A stretch of DNA of 64,000 bases. It comes from a virus (Duplodnaviria; Caudoviricetes). The translations under genes were made by a program, and so were the position numbers. The notes beneath the pieces are model-generated. The model saw nothing but the letters and a program-made list of their open reading frames with translations. It did not search any database and had not been told where the DNA came from. Positions 56,775 through 64,000 of this stretch are shown piece by piece (positions within the stretch are counted from its first letter, which is position 1; the number at the start of each line of letters is the position of its first letter). The stretch lies in the IMG/VR virus record IMGVR_UViG_2522572160_000003, one strand, 5' to 3'.

Positions 56775-57085
56775 TGACCGGTCTCCTTTCTGACCATGGG
56801 GCAGAAGGTGTTGTTTTTGATGGCGTTCACCAGGTTGGTTTGGGCCTGGGTGTTCAGGTGGATGATTTCGGCCAGCTCGTTGGCCAGCTTCTGGTAATTG
56901 GTCACAAGCTCCACGTTGTTTTCGTAGAACTTGGCCAGGGTGGCCATGTCGTTTTTGTACTCCGCCAAAATCCGTTCGGTGCGGCGCTGATCCACATACC
57001 AGACGATAAAAATCAGGCCTGGCAGACCCAAAACGCTGGCGATCACCCCAATTGTCGAAGCCGGTATGGTTTCAAGGATTCCCAT
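56771..57085 (-). CDS. Membrane-anchored coiled-coil phage protein
   Basis: N-terminal TM; GGAGG RBS; position like Mu gp25. Confidence 0.7.
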   Translation of the reverse strand: MGILETIPASTIGVIASVLGLPGLIFIVWYVDQRRTERILAEYKNDMATLAKFYENNVELVTNYQKLANELAEIIHLNTQAQTNLVNAIKNNTFCPMVRKETGQ

Positions 57086-57304
57086 TTATCCTCCCGTGGT
57101 TTTATGGAGCCGTTCGTATTCTTCCTGACAGTCAATGCATCTTTCACAGCCGGGTACGGCTTGCCGCCTGGCCAGGGGGATGGGGTCTCCGCAATCCCGG
57201 CATGTTTCGTATGTGCGTATGCCCGGCCTTGTCCTTGCCGCCGCTATGGCCTGGCGGGTGAAATCTGCCTCTTTCTCTTGGGCCATGTCCGTGGCGTCTG
57301 GCAT
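57086..57304 (-). CDS. TraR/DksA C4 zinc-finger protein
   Basis: CRDCGDPIPLARRQAVPGCERCIDCQ. Confidence 0.9.
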   Translation of the reverse strand: MPDATDMAQEKEADFTRQAIAAARTRPGIRTYETCRDCGDPIPLARRQAVPGCERCIDCQEEYERLHKTTGG

Positions 57305-57308
57305 GCGC

Positions 57309-57881
57309 TTATCCTTGGCCGCGTATGGCTGACACGACGCTGGACACAATGCCTGGCTTTGCCACTTCGCCAGCCTTGGCGCGTTTCTCCTTGCCGCGAT
57401 CCCAGGTTGTGACGCCCAGGATCGCCCCGAAGGATAGCCATATCCAGTCCGGAACGTTCGGCACCTCGCAATGCGCCAGGGGTAAAATTACGTAAACAGC
57501 CAAGGCTGTGACTGGAAAACAGAAGCCGATAAAGGGCCGCCATGAGTATTGAATCCAATGCTCGGACTTCCCTTCTGTCCGCATAGTCGAGTTGACTTCC
57601 TGGATAGTCGTCACACGTTCGGCCGATTCAATGCGGGCGTTTTCCACCACCAGCTTTTGGAGTTCCAGGGTGTTTTGTAGTTCCAGTTCCCGGAGCTTGA
57701 GAGCGGCTTCCGGGTCGGCGTTTATGGCGGCTTCCAGGGCCTCGGGATCGTCGGGATCTGTCCCGAACAGGGAGGCAACCAGGGTTCCAAGTGCTGCGCC
57801 TCCGGCCGGGCCTGCCACGGCTGTTCCGAGTAAGGGCGCTCCCACCTTGGCGATCGTCTTGCCAACTGATTTCCAATCCAT
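57309..57881 (-). CDS. Holin (GTA-type 3TM family)
   Basis: MDWKSVGKTIAKVGAPLLGTAV...WRPFIGF...WDRGKEK; start trimmed to 57881. Confidence 0.75.
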   Translation of the reverse strand: MDWKSVGKTIAKVGAPLLGTAVAGPAGGAALGTLVASLFGTDPDDPEALEAAINADPEAALKLRELELQNTLELQKLVVENARIESAERVTTIQEVNSTMRTEGKSEHWIQYSWRPFIGFCFPVTALAVYVILPLAHCEVPNVPDWIWLSFGAILGVTTWDRGKEKRAKAGEVAKPGIVSSVVSAIRGQG

Positions 57882-57885
57882 GCGT

Positions 57886-58284
57886 TTATTCCCCCATGAA
57901 CAACGCCGGGTCGGCGTGCTCGATCTGCAAATGCACGTGGGGCTGCATGTCCGGGTGGTTGTACCGTTGGGTGATGTCCTGGGCCGTGCCGATGACTTCG
58001 CCCTGTTCAACGCGATCGCCAGGGCGTTCGGTGACGTCCACATAAAACATCTTGACCGCGACCTTATCGCCCTGGATAAGTACGCCGCTGTATGGCCCTT
58101 GGGCGTATGGCCTGGCCAGCCGGATAACGCGGCCTGTAATGGGGGAGACAACGTCCTGGCCGGGTTCACAAAGGAAGTCCATGCCTTCGTGGATGCGTCC
58201 GCCTCGGGAGGCTCCGTAAAAACCGGCGCCGGCCGCATCGCTTCTCATGCACTTTCCGGTGGGGCTGATGATGATTTTTTCCAT
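57886..58284 (-). CDS. M23-family peptidase, probable endolysin
   Basis: HEGMD (HxxxD), V.SPITG.V, PHVH (HxH); adjacent to the holin. Confidence 0.85.
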   Translation of the reverse strand: MEKIIISPTGKCMRSDAAGAGFYGASRGGRIHEGMDFLCEPGQDVVSPITGRVIRLARPYAQGPYSGVLIQGDKVAVKMFYVDVTERPGDRVEQGEVIGTAQDITQRYNHPDMQPHVHLQIEHADPALFMGE

Positions 58285-58296
58285 ATCGTTTTCCCT

Positions 58297-58421
58297 CTCG
58301 TTCCCATGCTCCGCGTGGGAATGCATACGATTGTCCGTCATTCCCGAATGTCCCTATCGGGAACCCAGCGTCGTTGTATTTCTCCCTCCCCCTTGACGGG
58401 GGAGGGCCGGGGTGGGGGTGA
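58297..58421. repeat. Stack of three different palindromic repeats
   Basis: CTCGTTCCCATGCTCCGCGTGGGAATGCATAC; GTCATTCCCGA..TCGGGAACCCAG; CTCCCTCCCCCTTGACGGGGGAGGGCCGGGGTGGGGGTGA. Confidence 0.8.
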
Positions 58422-58654
58422 TTCCCCGCGCCATTTAGCCGCCGGGCTTCCCGGCCTCCGTCGCTCCCTCCCCCACTGCCACGTTGAAGGGAGGGAGCTT
58501 TCGGATGGAGTGATACTGATGGCCTACTGCTATGGCCCGGCAAGTGGGGGCTTGCAGGGCAAATCATGGGGCCTACTTTATGGGAAATATAGAGGGGAAG
58601 TCGCGCCGGTTTGTCCGGGTTTGTCCGCTTAATTTGATAAGTTGTGAAAAACTT

Positions 58655-58972
58655 TTAGATATCGAACAGGGAGAGTTGCTGGGGTTGCTCCGCATTGATG
58701 CGGGCGTAGGTTTGGTTGCGGATGAGGTAGGCCACAAGCTCGTCGTGTCTGACGCGCTTATGACCTCCTGTCGAGTAGGTATCGATGCATTCCGGGTCCA
58801 TGGGGGTGGTTTCGCTGGGTCCGGGTTCGTAGGTGTTTGCGCGGCGGCGGAAAGTCCGGTCGGATATGCCCAGGATGCGGCACACGTCGCCCGGAGTATA
58901 GGACGGCTTGGCCGGGATCTTCGCGACATCAAGCATGCCCTTCAACTGCATTTCCGCCGTTTTAACGTCCAT
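58655..58972 (-). CDS. HTH DNA-binding protein, probable late-gene activator
   Basis: YTPGDVCRILGISDRTFRR...TGGHKRV (MerR/xis-type HTH); position of Mu C. Confidence 0.7.
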   Translation of the reverse strand: MDVKTAEMQLKGMLDVAKIPAKPSYTPGDVCRILGISDRTFRRRANTYEPGPSETTPMDPECIDTYSTGGHKRVRHDELVAYLIRNQTYARINAEQPQQLSLFDI

Positions 58973-58983
58973 TTAAAACCTCT

Positions 58984-59451
58984 TTAAAACACGTATTCAA
59001 CCAGCGCCAAGATCCCAAAGATTATTAAGACCGCAATAACCAGAATGCCCGGAACCGCCCACGTGTTGTCCGTAGGGGCAGGGTTTCCCTGCCCGTCTTT
59101 TGTAGCGGCGGGCCCCTGTGCCTGCCCCTCGTTCCCATGGTCCCCGTGGGAATGCATACCGGCGTCCATTCCATGGATTTCCCTCCATTTTTTTGACGCT
59201 TCCGGGCCGAAGCCTCTTTCCAGGCCGCGCTCCAAAATCTCTTGTTTCATGTAAACTGCCAGGTCCAGTACTTCCTGGTACGCATCCAAAAGGGCGTCCC
59301 GCCCGTTATGGGTGGTCAAAGGTTCGCCGTATTTTTTAATGCCAACCTGGATGCGCGCTTCCAGATCTTTAATCACTTCCGGCAATACCTCCACGCCCGG
59401 CCTTTCGCGGGTGGGCTTGGGTTGTCTGATTGCTGCTTTGCGTTCGCTCAT
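58984..59451 (-). CDS. Phage protein with a repeat-derived linker and C-terminal TM
   Basis: DLEAR..VG.KKYG..L...NGRD.L.DAYQE.LD..VY domain, then translated REPs, then a hydrophobic tail. Confidence 0.7.
   Translation of the reverse strand: MSERKAAIRQPKPTRERPGVEVLPEVIKDLEARIQVGIKKYGEPLTTHNGRDALLDAYQEVLDLAVYMKQEILERGLERGFGPEASKKWREIHGMDAGMHSHGDHGNEGQAQGPAATKDGQGNPAPTDNTWAVPGILVIAVLIIFGILALVEYVF
59072..59159. repeat. Two GTAG REPs and one family-B repeat inside a CDS
   Basis: GTAGGGGCAGGGTTTCCCTGCCC; GTAGCGGCGGGCCCCTGTGCCTGCCC; CTCGTTCCCATGGTCCCCGTGGGAATGCATAC. Confidence 0.8.
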
Positions 59452-60176
59452 TAGATGTTCCTCAATGATTTCTTTTCGGTGTAGTCCACGTCCAGCTCCA
59501 GGCACAGCATGCCCAGCTCACGGCGGAAATCATGCCAATGGATGCGGCTTTCCCGTTCTTTGTCGTGGTTGATTTTGCCGACTTTGTAGTGATCCACATA
59601 CTTGTGGGTGGCGCGGATCACGGCCAGAGCCTGGGCGGGGTCTATGACCGGCTCCAAGGATATCCAGGTTTTTATGCCCATGGCCTTGGCGGTTTTTATG
59701 GCCGCTATTCTGCTTTTCACCGTGGCTGCAAACGGCTCCCAACGGTTGACCGAGCCTTGCTTGATCCATACAAGGGAGGTTCCGAAAGAGCATTTGTCGT
59801 ACCCTTTCAACAAATGGAAATCCTTGATCGCTCTTAGCCCGCCCTTGGTCAAAACCGTAAATCTTAATTTATGATGAATTAAGATTTTGATTGCTTCGCG
59901 GGTGGCTTCCCCGCCCATCCACGGGTAAGGATCGCCGATGAATGACAAAAGGATTTCTCGGTCGTCGCCTTTGGCTTCCACCCTGGCCGCGTCATGTTCC
60001 AGCCTTTCCAGGGCGTTCTTTTTCAGTTGGGCCGGTTGGTTGAATGCTTCGCGCGCCTTCCTGGTGGCGCCGGGGGCGTAGCAGTACAGACACCCGTGCG
60101 GGCATGTCGTGTACAGGTTGCAGGCAAGAGGCGCGTATTCCCTGGCCGCCCCTTTTGGTTCGTAAATTATTTTCAT
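59451..60176 (-). CDS. Radical SAM protein (SplB/COG1533-like)
   Basis: CPHGCLYCYA (CxxxCxxC), SFIGDPY, VLTKG, WEP.A...R, TWISLEP. Confidence 0.88.
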   Translation of the reverse strand: MKIIYEPKGAAREYAPLACNLYTTCPHGCLYCYAPGATRKAREAFNQPAQLKKNALERLEHDAARVEAKGDDREILLSFIGDPYPWMGGEATREAIKILIHHKLRFTVLTKGGLRAIKDFHLLKGYDKCSFGTSLVWIKQGSVNRWEPFAATVKSRIAAIKTAKAMGIKTWISLEPVIDPAQALAVIRATHKYVDHYKVGKINHDKERESRIHWHDFRRELGMLCLELDVDYTEKKSLRNI

Positions 60177-60703
60177 TTTTTCAGACCCTTTTTAAAGTCC
60201 TCATAGATGCTTTTGCCGATGTCTTTGCTCAGGCTTTCGCCGTATCCTGCGGCGCGTGCTGCCTGGGCTGTGCCGTCGTTTTCGGCCTGGTTGCGTTCTT
60301 TTTCGATGATGACGGATTCCTCTTTGGCGATGGAGTAGGCGATGGCCCGCAGGTAGTTGTGTGAGTCGAGAGGAAGATCCGAGGGCGGCCTGGCAATCAT
60401 GCGTTCGATGGCCCTGGCCCAGATTTCCGGGCGGTTTTGGAGCACCCGGTTGTTTTTCCATCCGATTTCAGCGGCCATGGCCAGGGAGTTTAATTCCTGG
60501 ATCAGGCGGAGGGCCTTTTTCCATTGGAGTCCCCGGCCTGATGCAGGCCGGAAAAATCCCAGGTACGAAAGCGCCACGGGCGCCACGGCCTTGTTCATTT
60601 TGGCGACGATGCCCAGGCATTGCCGGGCGTCGGCGTCATTCTCCCACGCCTCCGCGCTATGGATTGCCCCGCATGACGGACAGACCATTTTCATGCTCAC
60701 CAC
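60173..60703 (-). CDS. Mu-like phage hypothetical protein (N-terminal CxxC)
   Basis: CPSCGA, YLGFFRP, PL.SHNYL. Confidence 0.7.
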   Translation of the reverse strand: MVSMKMVCPSCGAIHSAEAWENDADARQCLGIVAKMNKAVAPVALSYLGFFRPASGRGLQWKKALRLIQELNSLAMAAEIGWKNNRVLQNRPEIWARAIERMIARPPSDLPLDSHNYLRAIAYSIAKEESVIIEKERNQAENDGTAQAARAAGYGESLSKDIGKSIYEDFKKGLKK

Positions 60704-61074
60704 CTTATCAACACGCCCTCAAAGGGCAGGCCGTAGTTTTGACGGAAAAAATCGACAAACTTTTCGGTCAAGGGGAATCCATCATCCTGGGCCAGCTTGA
60801 AAGCGGCTTCTCCATTCAATTCCTTGCCGTCCAGGACCACGCTTTCATCCGTATTAATTCGGATCGGCTGCACAGACTGGCACACGGCCTCCCGAAGAAA
60901 GATGCGTTTGCCAGGCTTATAAGGCCCGGTATACATGCGCAGGATGTCGCCCGGCTTGATGGGCCGTTTCCGTTCCTTGCGGATGGTTTGATTCTTTAGT
61001 TCCGCCTTGACCATTGGCGCGAACTGTTTTTTGAACCCGACCACATGCTTGATTTGTTTTTTCTGTCCCGTCAT
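60697..61074 (-). CDS. ASCH/PUA-like domain protein
   Basis: FKKQFAP.V...KNQTIR...KPGD.L..YTG; AQDDGF. Confidence 0.75.
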   Translation of the reverse strand: MTGQKKQIKHVVGFKKQFAPMVKAELKNQTIRKERKRPIKPGDILRMYTGPYKPGKRIFLREAVCQSVQPIRINTDESVVLDGKELNGEAAFKLAQDDGFPLTEKFVDFFRQNYGLPFEGVLIRW

Positions 61075-61077
61075 GAA

Positions 61078-61773
61078 TTACCCTCCAATCAGGTCTTGTT
61101 CGCCCTTGGAATTGACGCCGTGCCTCACGTACACCTGTGACCCGGCTTCGCTTCCGTCCATCATGGCCTGGACGTCGTGGATGCTGACATTATGCTTTTT
61201 GCGCGGCTTGGAATCGACCAGGGCGGGATATTTTTGATCCATATAAGCTGTGATCAGCCTGTCCTCTTCCTCGGTAAGCGGAGGCTTGGGCAGGTTTTTA
61301 AAAGCGGCAAGCACCCACATTTCAGACCAAAGATCCGCCCGCTTTGTTTTGGTGGCCCTTTTCAGGCGTTTGGGCAGGCTGGCCATGTAGGCTTTGCGCC
61401 CGGCGACCAGGCGGCGGCGGAGCACGTCAAAGGTGTAGGCGGCAATCTCGGGATTGGGCGTGCGGCCTATAAAGTCCACGGCGAATGTGTAGTTTCGCCC
61501 GTCCCATCCGGGCAGGGAAACCGTGGAGCAGCGGAACAGCGCCCTCACTTTGTCGATCAAAAAGCCAATGTGCCGTGGGGGATTGTTCGCCCCCTGGGCC
61601 TCCTGGGTTTTTTGCCCGCTGATGTCGGACATGGCCACTTCATCCATGGAGATGTTGTACTTTTCCATCATGGCCTGGGCGTGGCGCAATGCGGACGCCG
61701 CCTCGTTGACGTTGGAGCTCCGCCCCAAAGCCAGGCACTTTTTGATTTTTTCGATGATTTGAGAATGATCCAT
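61078..61773 (-). CDS. DUF2786 domain protein
   Basis: IIEKIKKCLAL..S.N.NEAASAL..AQAMMEKYNI. Confidence 0.88.
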   Translation of the reverse strand: MDHSQIIEKIKKCLALGRSSNVNEAASALRHAQAMMEKYNISMDEVAMSDISGQKTQEAQGANNPPRHIGFLIDKVRALFRCSTVSLPGWDGRNYTFAVDFIGRTPNPEIAAYTFDVLRRRLVAGRKAYMASLPKRLKRATKTKRADLWSEMWVLAAFKNLPKPPLTEEEDRLITAYMDQKYPALVDSKPRKKHNVSIHDVQAMMDGSEAGSQVYVRHGVNSKGEQDLIGG

Positions 61774-62228
61774 TACGCCTCCTTATCCCTTCCATGCCTT
61801 TGGGCGTCTTTCCGCAGGGCGGTTATAATCTTGTACAGGTCCTTGGTATCCACCCATGCGATGCGGTCCACCTTGCATATGCGTTTTGCCATGGAGTCCG
61901 CATAGGCCCACGGCCTCCCGGCTTCGGCCAGATAGGCCTCGATCTTTTTAAGCTGCGCGGATCTGCTGGACTTCGAGTCCATGTTTTTGGGGCGGCCCGG
62001 GTAAGAGTTGCGTTTTTTGCGAGTCGCCTTGAATCCGCAGTTTGCCAGGTGCTCTAAAACGGCGCGAAAGCCGTTAGCGTCCAAGTCCTTGGAGCTTTTG
62101 ACCTTCGCGACGTTATGCAGCATCTCGCGGTACGTTGTTTCATCCATGCCAAGCTGATCCTTGGCTATATGGATTTTCGCCAGTTGCTTTTTGCGCCATA
62201 CGGCGTAGTTATTGGGCTGATTGGTCAT
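61773..62228 (-). CDS. gemA: GemA-like regulatory protein (DUF1018)
   Basis: LAKIHIAKDQLGMDETTYREML...SSKDL...GF; start trimmed to MTNQ. Confidence 0.88.
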   Translation of the reverse strand: MTNQPNNYAVWRKKQLAKIHIAKDQLGMDETTYREMLHNVAKVKSSKDLDANGFRAVLEHLANCGFKATRKKRNSYPGRPKNMDSKSSRSAQLKKIEAYLAEAGRPWAYADSMAKRICKVDRIAWVDTKDLYKIITALRKDAQRHGRDKEA

Positions 62229-62509
62229 GCCGCTTTTGCCTCCTTGCGGATATTCCTGATTTTCGTGAGGTGCGGGCATTCCCCCAGGCGGACGCTCATG
62301 GGTACGTCCAAGTGGCTTCGCAGGGCTTGCATCATGCGTTTGGCCGATGCTTTGCTTTCGTGGGTGCAATGGGGTTCGGTGCCGAATTGTTTTTTGAGTT
62401 CCTGCCTGATTTCGTAGCCGCCTTTTGTTTGCCAGTACCACCAGTCGCACAGCGGCACGGGTTCTTCGTCCATATCCTCGATGATTACGACGTGGCATTT
62501 TAAAGCCAT
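62225..62509 (-). CDS. Hypothetical phage protein
   Basis: GGAGG RBS; coupled to gemA. Confidence 0.65.
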   Translation of the reverse strand: MALKCHVVIIEDMDEEPVPLCDWWYWQTKGGYEIRQELKKQFGTEPHCTHESKASAKRMMQALRSHLDVPMSVRLGECPHLTKIRNIRKEAKAA

Positions 62510-62512
62510 GAT

Positions 62513-62719
62513 TTAAACCTCCATCCGATAAAGCCATTTTCCGCCGTCACGACGGCAATGGATAACGCGGCCATTTTCCCGCAGCTCGGCCACAATGGAA
62601 TTGACCGCGCACACATTGGCCTGGGCTATGATTGCCATGGTGGAGAATTCCAGGCCCGAGGAAAGCAGGGCGTCCACCTTTTGAAGCCGTTCGCTTTTTT
62701 GTATGTCTGCCGCGTTCAT
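62513..62719 (-). CDS. Small winged-HTH protein
   Basis: NSIVAELRENG..I.C motif; GGAGG RBS. Confidence 0.65.
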   Translation of the reverse strand: MNAADIQKSERLQKVDALLSSGLEFSTMAIIAQANVCAVNSIVAELRENGRVIHCRRDGGKWLYRMEV

Positions 62720-62768
62720 TGCCGCCTCCGTTGGTTGGTAATGGCGGGCCTGGCAGCCCGCCTTCGGT

Positions 62769-63290
62769 TTACGCCGCCCTGTCCGTCAATTTGGTTTCGT
62801 CTGGCTCTATCCAGAACGTGTCTTTCTCCACGATCCGGGCGTCCACCATGGCCAGGCGTTCCTCGGGCCAATCCCGGAGAACGTCCTTGTTCACGGTTTC
62901 CTTGACGCGGATGCCTTCCGAAAAGCCCAGGGATTTCAATTTTTCAAGAATCGACGCCAGGGTCTTTTTGGGCTGGGCCTTGACTTCCTTGGAACGGCGA
63001 AACCCGATGCTTCCAAAATCCAGATCCACCGAGCGCTTTTTAGCGAACAGGGAGTCCTTGTTCATTTCAGCATAGGCCAGGAGCCCGTTTTCAATGGCCT
63101 CCATTTTTGTTTGCCACGGGGCGGCTGCGACCTCCGCGTCCGCTTTGGCCTGGTCGATGCGATCATTCATGTTCGCGTTGACGGCCTCGATCTCGCGTTT
63201 GATGGCGGCGATTTCCCGCAGGGCTTCGTTTGCTTCTTTCAGATCGCGTACAGGGTACAAGCTGTTTTTGTTGGGTTTTTTCCTTGCCAT
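62769..63290 (-). CDS. gam: Mu Gam-like host-nuclease inhibitor
   Basis: N-terminal coiled coil; KKRSVDLDFGSIGFRRS, IRVKETVNKD, F.IEP. Confidence 0.92.
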   Translation of the reverse strand: MARKKPNKNSLYPVRDLKEANEALREIAAIKREIEAVNANMNDRIDQAKADAEVAAAPWQTKMEAIENGLLAYAEMNKDSLFAKKRSVDLDFGSIGFRRSKEVKAQPKKTLASILEKLKSLGFSEGIRVKETVNKDVLRDWPEERLAMVDARIVEKDTFWIEPDETKLTDRAA

Positions 63291-63377
63291 TTAAACCTCC
63301 ATTTCGTTTGCGCGTAGCGCCATTTTGAAGTTCTTTGCGGAGCTTTCTTTCAAGAAAGCGACTCGCCGAAGGCTCTT

Positions 63378-63809
63378 TTAAGCCGCCGCATTCCCGCGTT
63401 TCAGAGGCACTATCCTGGCGACGTTGGCGAACACATTAATGCCGTCGCCGTTTTTAAGAGCCTCTTCCATGGCCTGGGCTTTGGCGTCGTAAAAGTCAGA
63501 GCAGGCCGCATACTGTTCAAATGTGATACCCAGGCGCCTTCCATATTTACGGTCGACAAAGCGGTCCGCCTTTTTATCCAGGCATTCATACAGGCTGATT
63601 ATCGCCCTGCGTTTGCGTCCGGCTGGCATGGGTTCCGGGAAGGTCCACACGCCCCCGCCTTGACTCGCAGGCCCTGTTATGCGCCATGTCATGGCGTCGG
63701 ATATAATGCTGTTGTTTTCCTCCTGGGCGCTCATAACCATGGATGCCGCAGCCACGCTCAGCGCCGCTACGATCCCGACCGCCGCTAATGTCAAAACTAT
63801 TTCAATCAT
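63378..63809 (-). CDS. Hypothetical phage protein with N-terminal TM
   Basis: GGGAG RBS; 143 aa. Confidence 0.6.
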   Translation of the reverse strand: MIEIVLTLAAVGIVAALSVAAASMVMSAQEENNSIISDAMTWRITGPASQGGGVWTFPEPMPAGRKRRAIISLYECLDKKADRFVDRKYGRRLGITFEQYAACSDFYDAKAQAMEEALKNGDGINVFANVARIVPLKRGNAAA

Positions 63810-63822
63810 CGTTTATCTCCCC

Positions 63823-63888
63823 ATTTAAAAAGTTTTTTGGAAAGGGGGTCCGGGGGAAAATCCTTTTGTTCACAAAAGGTTGTCCCCC
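63823..63888. repeat. Family-A palindromic repeat
   Basis: Near-identical inverted copy of 43073-43138. Confidence 0.85.
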
Positions 63889-64000
63889 GGCGCTTTTTAT
63901 GCTTGCCCGCATTCCCGGCAGGCGCGCCAAAGACGCGCCCTGACAGGGCTTGACGGGGCGAATGGTTTTTTCCGTTCGGCAGCGCACCGGGACAAAGGGA

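Larger units (their letters stand above)
34597..64000 (-). mobile_element. Mu-like transposable prophage (early A/B region outside window)
   Basis: Mu gene order: gam, gemA, lysis, gp27/gp28 terminase, gp29 portal, F, G, I, capsid, gp36, tail, terminal MTase; tandem 22-bp sites at the end. Confidence 0.92.

Overview
The window has two nested mobile elements and no recognisable housekeeping genes; the gene families and palindromic repeats suggest a Desulfobacterota-type host (inference). (1) Bases 1 to ~34600 are the right arm of an integrative genomic island. It contains an AT-rich 15-gene minus-strand operon for an uncharacterised cell-envelope machine (<1-16073: ExbB/ExbD-like motor, lytic transglycosylase, exported caspase-like/PASTA protein, TolB-like propeller, lipoproteins, coiled-coil proteins, peptide-type ABC importer). 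Next come assorted cargo genes (metallophosphoesterase, YafK-like L,D-transpeptidase, IS481 remnant, TPR and PRAI-like proteins) and a GC-rich module of AAA ATPase, DUF1257, DUF2997, DUF3150, SSB, annealase, exonuclease and UvrD. An HTH-TPR regulator, an excisionase and a tyrosine integrase end the arm. (2) From ~34597 to beyond 64000 is a Mu-like transposable prophage on the minus strand, with its end at the integrase stop codon. It encodes a D12 adenine methyltransferase in the mom position, a non-contractile tail with a nested multi-CBM fibre and a -1 frameshifted chaperone, Mu-type head genes with a portal-MuF fusion, lysis genes, and semi-essential genes (radical SAM, GemA, Gam). It also carries many short palindromic repeats of several families. 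The best candidate for an undescribed system is the 16-kb envelope operon. All family calls come from motif recognition by eye; no database searches were run.
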